Shown here: piece after piece, positions 45,123 through 54,069 of the stretch
Numbering within the stretch: the first letter of the stretch is position 1
Layout of the letters: the number at the start of each line of letters is the position of its first letter
NCBI GenBank assembly: GCA_963845755.1
Contig: CAWJTV010000028.1
Coordinates: 128,001-192,000, forward strand
Length of the DNA stretch: 64,000 bases
DNA from: an uncultured Planctomycetota bacterium
Lineage (GTDB): Bacteria; Planctomycetota; Planctomycetia; Isosphaerales; Isosphaeraceae
Reading direction: 5' to 3'
The notes under the pieces: generated by a model
Seen by the model: the letters and a program-made list of their open reading frames with translations, nothing else
What the model was told of the DNA's origin: nothing
Databases searched by the model: none
Position numbers and translations under genes: made by a program

Positions 45123-45719
45123 ATGTCGGAAACGACGAGAAACGGCCGAGGGCGACACTGTCCAGTCTGTGGACGCGGCACATTGAGGACACGCCTTATC
45201 AGCGAAGTGTTCGAATACGGCGATGACGGAGAAGCCGTCCTGGTGAGAACCCAGGATGTCCCCGTCGAAGACTGTGACGTCTGCGGCGAGTCGTTCAGCG
45301 GGCCAAAGGCCGCGCGGATTCGCCACTTAGCGATCGGTCAGGCAGTGGGCCTTCTGCCGCCGCAAGACATCCGAGCCCTACGGGAGCGCTCGGGTCAGTC
45401 CCCCGATCAGTTCGCCAAACTGATCGGAGTCGCGACCGATCGGCTGTCCCAATGGGAGAGCGGGAGGAGCTGGCAGGATCGAACGGCTGATCGTTTGATG
45501 CGTCTTCTCGCATTGAGACCTGAGAATGCAGAACATCTTAATAAGTTGGCCAAGACGCCAGCCAGCGACCCCAATGGTGAAAAACCCGAGACGCAGGCCA
45601 GGGTGCCGAGGAAGCATGGTTCGTCGAAATCGGCCGAACAAACAGCTCGGAGTGGGGAGGGGCGCTTCGCATCGCCGCCGAGGCCCATACGGCCAATTAA
45701 TGAATTGGATTATTCATAA
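45123..45719 (+). CDS. MqsA-like antitoxin (YgiT-type Zn finger plus XRE HTH, long C-terminal tail)
   Basis: CPVCG...CDVCGE, IRALRERSGQSPDQFAKLIGV....SQWESG. Confidence 0.85.
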   Translation: MSETTRNGRGRHCPVCGRGTLRTRLISEVFEYGDDGEAVLVRTQDVPVEDCDVCGESFSGPKAARIRHLAIGQAVGLLPPQDIRALRERSGQSPDQFAKLIGVATDRLSQWESGRSWQDRTADRLMRLLALRPENAEHLNKLAKTPASDPNGEKPETQARVPRKHGSSKSAEQTARSGEGRFASPPRPIRPINELDYS

Positions 45720-45933
45720 CACGTATAGACGGTGAGGCACGGATAAGGGGTCAGGACAATGAATAGATAGGGAGTTTGTGTGCTTTGGGCAAGGCATTGA
45801 CGCTGAGCATTCACGAGAAGTACAGCGTGGCATCAGGCGCCCAAACGGTCAAGACCTTCCGCGATCGGAACAGCCGGATAGGCTGGATGGCATGACTATG
45901 GATGGATGATATCGGGCTCCAAGGGGGTCAAGT

Positions 45934-46650
45934 GTGGGGAAACGTCACAGCGAAAACGAAATCTTCGAATTCATCACTGGCGACTTCCAGTGTGCTTGGG
46001 ATGCCTTGGCTGGGAATCCTGGAGGCCCGGCAACAAACGGCGGCAACTTCATGTTCGCCCTCCTGGGAGCAGTCCTATTCGAGTGGGCCTGCCAACTATG
46101 CAAATCTGACTCTAGGGCACAAAAGGATTTCGCAATCGAGTTACAGAAAATGAATCGGAAGTATTTCACGCAATTGGTAGGTAAAAGCGGAGTCTCCAAG
46201 AATTTTCCGTCGATTGACGGCAAGCCTGAATACAGCTTACTTGGAGCCATCTGGGATCTCATCCGTAATGGGCAGGCTCATCAGTACCAAGATATAAACG
46301 TCAAGCTCAAGGGGAACGGACGGTGGATACTGATGATTCGGGGTGTACAGCACGGCGTCCCTTTATCTGAAGTCGCGGCGAATCGCGGCTTGGTACACCA
46401 CCTTGACTATCGCGTGGATTCGGATGGCGATGTGTTGCTCTACATACACCCCGGCGTCTTCTTTCTCGATGTTCGTGATGCGATCATGAAAGCAAAGCTA
46501 CTCCACCGCGGATTGAAGATCAACGACTGGACCAAGGGAGATGGGGGGCGGAGCGGCGAATACCAGTACACAGGGAACCAATTAGTAGAAAGTCTGAAAA
46601 ATAACTCACATGTTATCGTCAATGGCAATATTGACGATCGACCGCGTTAA
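45934..46650 (+). CDS. Hypothetical protein with HEPN-type RxxxxH motif
   Basis: LIRNGQAHQY in a helical context; visibly more AT-rich than flanking genes. Confidence 0.65.
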   Translation: MGKRHSENEIFEFITGDFQCAWDALAGNPGGPATNGGNFMFALLGAVLFEWACQLCKSDSRAQKDFAIELQKMNRKYFTQLVGKSGVSKNFPSIDGKPEYSLLGAIWDLIRNGQAHQYQDINVKLKGNGRWILMIRGVQHGVPLSEVAANRGLVHHLDYRVDSDGDVLLYIHPGVFFLDVRDAIMKAKLLHRGLKINDWTKGDGGRSGEYQYTGNQLVESLKNNSHVIVNGNIDDRPR

Positions 46651-46705
46651 TCCTCTGGCCGCGAGAATCGGGTGGTGCCCCAGGCTAATTGAAAGAGTGA
46701 CTTAA

Positions 46706-46842
46706 GAAACTATCTCAATACCCCGAGGAAACAGCCGCAACTCCATCGCAGCAAACGGCTTGGGTCGATCTCGTACGTTTGTCTGTAAGTGCTTATTGAC
46801 TAACGACTTACCGTCGCCGGTCGGGGCTTTTGAGATAGTTTC
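46706..46842. mobile_element. Inner 137-bp MITE
   Basis: GAAACTATCTCAA...TTGAGATAGTTTC perfect inverted repeat, extendable by CCCCGA/TCGGGG; TAA on both sides. Confidence 0.75.
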
Positions 46843-46845
46843 TAA

Positions 46846-48120
46846 GTACCGCTCCCCGCAAATAAGGACCGGAAATCCTACGTGGCCGTCGCCATTGGCT
46901 CCTCATCCTCGATCTGGCACTTGGCCATGACCTTCGCCACCGACATTCGAGGTCCAGTTGAACGGATGAGCGATCTCATTCCACTCGCGGATGAAGGCCA
47001 TCAGCCGCTCGGCCAACTGCTCCTTGCTGGCGAAGTCGGCGATCCGCAGCCGCTTCCGCCGGGCGATGCTGAACCACTGCTCCACCTGGTTCATCCACGA
47101 GCAATGAACCGGCGGGTGATGGAAGACGAACCGCGGATGCCTCGCCAGCCACGCCTGGACCTGCTTCCCTTTGTGCATCCGCAGGTTGTCCAGGACCACG
47201 TGGATCGTCGTCACCGATTCGGGGATCTCGCTGTCGAACTGCTCCAGGAACGCGATGAACTCCGATTGCCGCTTCCGCGGCGCCGTCATGCCGTAGACCT
47301 TTCCCGTCCGCGTGTCGAAGGCCGCGAACAGATTCAACGGCGCCACAACGGCCGTACTCGTGCTCGACCCGGGTCGGTCGGTCCTTGTCGGTCGGCAACG
47401 TCTTCGACTTCTGCGGCCGCGGTTGCAGGCTGGTCATCTCGTCGGCGCAGAGGACGACCTCGTCCGGGCGCAGCGGCCGGGTATAGAGGTCGCAGATCTC
47501 CTGGACCTGAGCGGCGAACGCCGCGTCCCGCGGCACCTTGGGCGAGAGCCACATCTTCTGCCGCCAGGGCTTGAGGCGGTGGCTCAAGAGGATCCGCCGC
47601 ACGGTCTCCGCCGAGATGCTCGATACCACGCCATCGCGGACCAACTGCCGCGCGATCTCGGTGCAATCCCACTGCGACAGGGAGCGGCTCGAGCTCATCC
47701 GGCCGTTCGCAGGCGATCTTGACCACGTACATCGCCACCTCGGGGGGAAAAGACCGGCTTGCGGCCGCGCCCGGGGCGATCGTGCAAGCCGGCCAAGCGG
47801 CTTTGGAGGAACCGCTGGACCCACTTGCGGACATGCTTCTCGGTCAGGCCGACCAACCGGGCCACGGCGACCATAGGGGTGCCCTCGGCGACTTCGAGGA
47901 TGGCCCGGCAGCGCCGGGCCAGTCCCAGGGACGTCAAAGGGCAGCGGAGGTATTTCAGGAGCTGATCGTGTTCTTCCGGAGTTAAGACCACTCGCAACGC
48001 GGACTTGCGGCCTCTCATGATGACCTCCCTGCGGTTCGATCCTCGGAGGCGAATTCAAGGGAATCATAACCGAGAGGAAGGCCACGGTGAATTCCGGTCC
48101 TTATTTGCGGGGAGCGGTAC
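46846..48120 (-). mobile_element. IS630-family insertion sequence
   Basis: Perfect 29-bp TIR GTACCGCTCCCCGCAAATAAGGACCGGAA; TAA on both sides; contains the transposase. Confidence 0.92.
46878..48018 (-). CDS. IS630 transposase (HTH plus DDE, split over several frames)
   Basis: LHDRPGRGRKP, VLCADE, VLDNL..HK, PVHCSWMNQVEQWFS. Confidence 0.9.
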
Positions 48121-48439
48121 TAAGTGCCTATGAAAACGAGGTTTATGGGGCGAGACCCCGACAAAACGAACGCCAGACTCAGCAACGACTTACGGCGTTC
48201 TTTCAATAGGGTTGTTCCGCAATAAGGGAGATCTTCGTCGCAAGTCCTTGTAGGCATCACCTTGTGCGAAGCGCTGCTGTTTTCCGTAAAGCATTGTCAC
48301 CAAATGAGTTGCGACTATTGCAGAACAACACTAATTAGCCTGGGGCGCCACCACGCTCGCGTGCGAACGAGTTAAGAAGTCAACCTTCATATTGCAATCC
48401 CGTTTGATCAGAACCCTGACTCACTCTCGTCAGGATCGG

Positions 48440-49756
48440 TCACGGCGGCACGCGCGCTTCGATCTCGCGGAGTATTGCCTCGCTAGCTGGGAACGTCAAC
48501 GCGATCGCCGGTCGGAGCGGGATTGGCACACCATCCATGCGATAGACGGTTCCCGAGGTGCTGATCCCGTAAGTCGCGGTTTGGAACAACACCGTCGCGC
48601 CCCGTATGGTGGGAGTGTCGTTGGAATCGATCAGAACTGACGGAATCCGCGACAGATGATCACGGGCCGACGGGCTCAGATGCTCTGCCGAGTCCCCGGC
48701 GAGGATTAACGCCGCATCGGGCTCGCCGCGTTCCAGGCAGAGGCTTGCATCGAATTCCCCGGGTCCATGTCGGGGATAGCCTCGCGCCAGGTTCACGGAA
48801 CCCGGATACCCCGTACCCCACGTCAAGACGTTCTCGGCTCCCATGGGATTCCCACCGCCGCGAAGGCCCAGGCAAACAAACCGCGTGTGGTCGTTCAGGT
48901 CACGAACCAGGGCCAGCATCGCGTGGCGATCGAGGTGAGCCGTCTGAGGCGAGGACAATCGACTGCCGTAGAAGATCACGCCGTACTTCGCGCGCTTCAT
49001 CCGGTCCAGCAGCGCCTGCCATGTTGACAGGGGGACCCGGGTTTCCGACTCGATCTCCGCGGCATCGAGCTCGAGACCCTTTGCCAACGCGCGCAAGGTC
49101 CAGAACGCCTCGAAGTCCTTCCGCGGCGGGAGTGGGATGAATTGATCGGCCGCGTCCGCGCTGGCGGTCTTCGATCGGTCAACCACGATGCCGTATCGGT
49201 CTTCCCGGCCGCGAGGCACGAACGTGCCCCTGGCGGCCAAGGTGTAGCGTTCGAAGAATCGCGGATGGGTCTCGGCCGGATCGCAGCCCCAGAAGACGAT
49301 CAGGTCGCCCCGGTTCTTGACTTCGCCGAGCGTGCAGGTCACCTCCCCGACCTCCTGGAATGCGATCGTCGAGGCCCCGCCATCGCGGTCAGACGTCGAA
49401 TCGATGCAGCCTCCGATCCAGTCCGCGATCGCGACAGCCAGGCGTTGAGATTCGCTGGTCGTCTCTCTGAGGCCAAAGAGGATCGGGTATCTGGCGTCAA
49501 CCAGAATGCGGGCGGCGCGGTCGATGCCCTCCTCCAGCGTCGCGGAGTGGCCCTCGACCAGGCATACTGGCCGATCAGTAGCAGGGCGGTTCCTGAACCA
49601 GGACTCACCAAGGCTGCACGCATTCGCGGCCCCGACAACGCGATCGCCTTCGATGCTCAACGAGATGTCATCGCAGAGGCACCCACAGAACGTGCAGGTG
49701 GCATCCTCGACGATGAGCGGATCGGACTTCGACGGGTCTTGTGGAGGGTTCGGCAT
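48440..49756 (-). CDS. fhcB: Formyltransferase/hydrolase subunit B (FhcB/FwdB-like)
   Basis: CTFCGCLCDD, TLGEVKNRGDL, HPRF.ERY, GTVYRMDGVP. Confidence 0.92.
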   Translation of the reverse strand: MPNPPQDPSKSDPLIVEDATCTFCGCLCDDISLSIEGDRVVGAANACSLGESWFRNRPATDRPVCLVEGHSATLEEGIDRAARILVDARYPILFGLRETTSESQRLAVAIADWIGGCIDSTSDRDGGASTIAFQEVGEVTCTLGEVKNRGDLIVFWGCDPAETHPRFFERYTLAARGTFVPRGREDRYGIVVDRSKTASADAADQFIPLPPRKDFEAFWTLRALAKGLELDAAEIESETRVPLSTWQALLDRMKRAKYGVIFYGSRLSSPQTAHLDRHAMLALVRDLNDHTRFVCLGLRGGGNPMGAENVLTWGTGYPGSVNLARGYPRHGPGEFDASLCLERGEPDAALILAGDSAEHLSPSARDHLSRIPSVLIDSNDTPTIRGATVLFQTATYGISTSGTVYRMDGVPIPLRPAIALTFPASEAILREIEARVPP

Positions 49757-49796
49757 CTTGGATTATCAGCAGGATGTATGGGTGTCCTGGTTCATG

Positions 49797-51050
49797 TCAA
49801 TCTACACCCCGGCCGTTCGGGCCGCTACCCGTCGCTTCCAGCTTCGAAGCGTCGCGACGTGAGGATTGAAGCAGCCGGATCACGTCGGCGGCGATCGATT
49901 TGGCAATCCGTGGATTGGCGGACTCGGTCGTGTGGCAATAGTCGATGAACACCAGGCCGTCCGAGGCGTCGAACATACCGCTCAGGTCGTGAAATGATGG
50001 ATTACCGCCCAACTTGGACGACTCGCGAACTAGCCGCAGAACGTCCCGGAACATGGGTTCGGCCCAGGCATATCTCGCGGCCTCCTCGCGCTCGATCGGG
50101 GCGAGCTTTGCCTTCGCGAAGACGACCGGCTGCCAGTAGAATAGCGTGTGGAACGCGTACTCCCGGCCAAGTCGTTCGACGAGCTGCACGTTGGCTTCAT
50201 AACGTCGGACGACCTCGACGGCGAGCTGAGCGCGGGTCCTGTCCGAGGCGGGTTGGCCGATCCGGTCATCCCGCCTTGCGAACCGTCGGCTGAACGCCCG
50301 GGCGAACCGATACGAGCCGGAATCCTGGACGATCTTGCCGAGTAAGGCACCGGCCAGCCGGGAGGGGGACTGCAACAGATTGAACTCGCGGCGCCGGTTG
50401 ATCTCGTTGGTCGTCAGGCCGGCTTCTCCTTCCAGCAAGGCCGAAGTCGTGTCGTTGACACCGTCGTAGAAGACCACGATGTCAGGGCGATAGCCCGACT
50501 GGAGTTCTCGCATCAGCGCAACGACCTCTTGCGTGCTTACATAGCCGATCTCGGCGAGGTTCCGGATCCGCACATTCTGCGCTTGCTCGAAAAGCTCCCG
50601 CGCGAGGACCGAGGGAATCGTCTGATCGTCCCGCGCGCCGAATCCCCAGAGCGAGGAGCCGCCCAGCAGGAGGAGATCAACGGGTTTCCGATCCTGGCCG
50701 CCGGCTGAAGTCGAAGATGGGTGTTGCCAGGTCGCCCGCAAGCCATCCGGGCCGATCGAGATGGTTTCTCCCTGGAAAGCCTCGGGCCGAAAGTAGATGT
50801 AAGGCTCCCAGCGCACGCTCAGCGACTCGATCTCGCGATAATGCCGCACCGGCCAGGACTCGCCGCCGTAACCCTCCGCGAGCACGCGACGATCGGGCTG
50901 TGGCGGGATGCTGAAACGGTCCTTCAACGCAAACGCCACGCGTAATCCGGCTTCCGTCAAACCGAGCACGATCAAGGTGATCCCGATGATGGACCAGGCC
51001 GTCTGAAGCAGGATCAACGATCGCTTGAAACGCCGAATCACGGTGGCCAT
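49797..51050 (-). CDS. Membrane-anchored SGNH/GDSL-type hydrolase
   Basis: N-terminal TM; LGGSSLWG, YDGVND, FIDYCH. Confidence 0.8.
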   Translation of the reverse strand: MATVIRRFKRSLILLQTAWSIIGITLIVLGLTEAGLRVAFALKDRFSIPPQPDRRVLAEGYGGESWPVRHYREIESLSVRWEPYIYFRPEAFQGETISIGPDGLRATWQHPSSTSAGGQDRKPVDLLLLGGSSLWGFGARDDQTIPSVLARELFEQAQNVRIRNLAEIGYVSTQEVVALMRELQSGYRPDIVVFYDGVNDTTSALLEGEAGLTTNEINRRREFNLLQSPSRLAGALLGKIVQDSGSYRFARAFSRRFARRDDRIGQPASDRTRAQLAVEVVRRYEANVQLVERLGREYAFHTLFYWQPVVFAKAKLAPIEREEAARYAWAEPMFRDVLRLVRESSKLGGNPSFHDLSGMFDASDGLVFIDYCHTTESANPRIAKSIAADVIRLLQSSRRDASKLEATGSGPNGRGVD

Positions 51051-51177
51051 CTTGCAGACTCATCTTGTTTCGCCGAAGCTCGGGGGGATAACGTGGTTAA
51101 GGATCAGAAACAATCTACGCAAAAGGGGAATTGTAGGCCAGCCGCCCTTGGCGTTCGGGTGAGGAGATGCTTGGCAC

Positions 51178-51930
51178 GTGAACGTGGAAGGACAGCGGAT
51201 TATTGTGTTGGGCTCGACGTCGGGGATCGGCCGCGCTGTGGCACTGGCCCTGGGCGAGGGGGGCGCCGACGTGATCGTTCACGGGCGGTCGTGGGCCGCG
51301 GCCGAGGAGGTCGCGGACGTCATCCGTGAACGCGGGAGCCGTGCCGCGTCGCTGATCGCCGACCTGGCCGATCGCGAGGCCGGCGATCGGCTGATCGAGG
51401 AAGCCTGGTCCCTCTGGGGCGGCCTGGACGCCTGGTTGCACATCGCCGGTGCCGACACCTTGACCGGTGAAGCCGCGGGCCTTCCCTTCGACGCCAAACT
51501 CGATCTTCTTTGGGCGGTCAACGTCGCGGCGACGATCCGTCTTTGCCGCGCGGTCGGCCAGAAGATGAAGGACCAAGGGCACGGGTCGATCGTGACCATG
51601 GGCTGGGATCAGGCGGAAACCGGCATGGAGGGAGACTCAGGCGAGTTGTTCGCCGCGACCAAGGGCGCGATCATGGCCTTCACCCGCAGCCTGGCCCTCA
51701 GCCTGGCCCCCACTGTCCGTGTGAATGCCCTGGCGCCGGGGTGGATCAAGACGGAATGGGGTCAAGGGGCATCGAAGGCGTGGCACGACCGTGTGCTCGA
51801 AGAGACTCCGCTCGCCCGATGGGGAACGCCCGAGGACGTCGCCAGGGTCGCCTGCTTCCTCGTCAGTCCGGCGGCCGCGTTTCTCACCGGACAGATCCTG
51901 CGGGTCGATGGTGGGGCTGTGCGGTCGTAA
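51178..51930 (+). CDS. SDR family oxidoreductase (FxxxK variant)
   Basis: LGSTSGIG, ELFAATKG, VNALAPGWIKT, TGQILRVDGG. Confidence 0.9.
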   Translation: MNVEGQRIIVLGSTSGIGRAVALALGEGGADVIVHGRSWAAAEEVADVIRERGSRAASLIADLADREAGDRLIEEAWSLWGGLDAWLHIAGADTLTGEAAGLPFDAKLDLLWAVNVAATIRLCRAVGQKMKDQGHGSIVTMGWDQAETGMEGDSGELFAATKGAIMAFTRSLALSLAPTVRVNALAPGWIKTEWGQGASKAWHDRVLEETPLARWGTPEDVARVACFLVSPAAAFLTGQILRVDGGAVRS

Positions 51931-51985
51931 TCGGCGGATTTGTTCGAAAACGGGCCCGGGACGGCCCGGCGAGATTCACACCATC

Positions 51986-53468
51986 ATGAGGGAACAGCCG
52001 CGATATCTGTTCGTCACCGGCCGGCTCGCCGAATTTGCGCTGCGACAGGTCCTGGAGGAACTGGCGCCTCGGGCCGGCTTCACGGCGGAAGTCGCCGTGT
52101 TGCCGATCTCCGTCGCCGCGCTCCTGACGCCGAGATGGGTCGCCCGACACCTGGAGATTCCCGAGGACGTCAACCGGATCATCCTGCCCGGCTACTGTCG
52201 GGGCGATCTGGATCCGATTGTCGAGAAGGCTCGTGCGATCCCCGTCGAACGAGGTCCCGCGGACCTCCGCGAGTTGCCGGACCACTTCGGACATGCTTCC
52301 GGGTCCCTCGTCGGCTACGGGGATTACGCGATCGAGATCCTGGCCGAGATCAACCATGCGCCCCGATTGACGCCAGAGGCACTGATCTCCGAGGCGCATC
52401 GGTTGCGCGCCGAGGGCGCCGATGTCATCGACCTGGGCTGCGAGCCGGGCCTGCGATGGACCGAGGTCGGCGATGCGGTCGCCGCACTCCGCCAGGAGGG
52501 CTTGCGCGTCTCGATCGATAGCTTCGACTCCGACGAGGTCGCGGCGGCGGCGACGGCCGGGGCCGAGTTGGTGCTGAGCGTGAATGCCGGCAACCGCGCA
52601 GGCGCCGGACTGGGGCATCGAGGTCGTCGCGATCCCCGATCAACCCGGATCGCTGGACGGACTCGACCGGACGATCGAGTTCCTCACCAGGAACGGCGTG
52701 CCGTTTCGCATCGACCCGATCATCGAGCCGATCGGCTTCGGCTTCGCGGCCTCGCTGGGCCGTTACCTGGAGGTCCGCCGCCGTTACCCCGACGCCGCGA
52801 TGTTGATGGGCGTCGGCAACCTGACTGAGCTGACGGACGTCGATTCGGCCGGGCTCAACACGATCCTCGCCGGCTTCTGCGAGGAGCTGAAGATCGGGAG
52901 CGTCCTCACGACGGCCGTTATCAACTCGGCGCGGTCGTCGGTCCGCGAGCTCGACCTCGCCCGCAGGCTCGTCCATCACGCCGTGGCGCGGCGGACCTTG
53001 CCCAAACATCTCGAGCCCCGGCTGATCGCGTTGCGCGATCCGCGGGTCGTCGAATTCGGGCGCAACGCGCTTAACGAGCTCCAGCGGAGGATCCGCGACC
53101 CGAACTGGCGGATCTTCGCCGAGGCGGGCATGATCCATGCTCTCAATAATCAACACATCCTGAGCGATTCCGACCCGTTCCTCCTCTTCGACCGGATGGG
53201 CGTCGCCGACGCTTCGCACGCATTCTACCTCGGCTATGAGATGATGAAAGCAAGAACCGCCTTGACTCTGAGCAAGTCCTATCGGCAGGATCAAGCATTG
53301 GAATGGGGATTCCTGACCGTTCCCGAGACCAGCCACGTCGCGAGACGGCCGTCTGGCAATAGCGAGGCCGAGGCTCCGACCGTGCCGGCGCGGCCCGAAC
53401 AACTGAAGCGCCATCCGCTCCAGGATGGCGGGATCCCGGATTCCGGCGAGGCGCCTCGTGATACTTGA
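51986..53468 (+). CDS. Dihydropteroate-synthase-like H4MPT biosynthesis protein (orf20-like; frameshift near 52595)
   Basis: LFVTGRLAE, GADVIDLGC, SIDSF, DPIIEPIGFGF, GNLTELTDVDS, HAFYLGYE..KA. Confidence 0.88.
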
Positions 53469-54069
53469 AGGAATCGTGACAACCTTGAGCCCCCAAGCCG
53501 TACTGAACGTCGCACCGATGGGACCGGAGGTCAACCCGGGATTGAACATGGAGCAGTTCGTTCTCCGTCCCTTCCGGTCCTCGACGACCTATGCGAATCT
53601 CAAGGCGCACGGCGAGGGGGTCTTCCATGTGACCGATGACGTCTTGCTCCTGGCCCGGACGGCGATCGGGACCGTCGTTGAGCCGCCACCCGAGACGCGT
53701 CCGGCCGAGGTGGTCGCAGGGGAGATTCTGCGGGGCGCCTGCCGATATTATGAGTTCCGGGTCAACACGCTCGACGACCGCGAGGACCGTACCCGGATCG
53801 TCGTCCAGACCGTCGCGCATGGACGACTACGCGACTTCTTCGGCTTCAACCGGGCCAAGCACGCGGTTGTCGAGGCGGCGATCCTGGCCACTCGGACGGC
53901 GTTCCTTCCGCTCGATGAGCTCTTGCTCGAATTCCGCAAGCTCGAGATCCCGGTCCAGAAGACGGGCGGACCCTCGGAGCGGACCGCGTTCCTGTTATTG
54001 TACGAGCACGTCCGGGAAGCGGCCGCCCGGCGCATTCTCGACTCGGACTCGAGGCCAGTACCGCCATGA
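53458..54069 (+). CDS. DUF447 family protein (orf19-like)
   Basis: ILEGIVTT, NVAPMGP, GFNRAKHAVVEAAILATR, KTGG. Confidence 0.88.
   Translation: MILEGIVTTLSPQAVLNVAPMGPEVNPGLNMEQFVLRPFRSSTTYANLKAHGEGVFHVTDDVLLLARTAIGTVVEPPPETRPAEVVAGEILRGACRYYEFRVNTLDDREDRTRIVVQTVAHGRLRDFFGFNRAKHAVVEAAILATRTAFLPLDELLLEFRKLEIPVQKTGGPSERTAFLLLYEHVREAAARRILDSDSRPVPP

Larger units (their letters stand above)
46671..48352. mobile_element. Outer MITE-like element (~264 bp without inserts) with 20-bp terminal inverted repeats
   Basis: GGTGGTGCCCCAGGCTAATT (46671-46690) and AATTAGCCTGGGGCGCCACC (48333-48352), 19/20 match. Confidence 0.7.

Noticed and set aside
46700..48320. CRISPR array or integron attC interpretation of the palindromes
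   Set aside because: Repeats are degenerate and irregularly spaced; no cas or integron integrase genes
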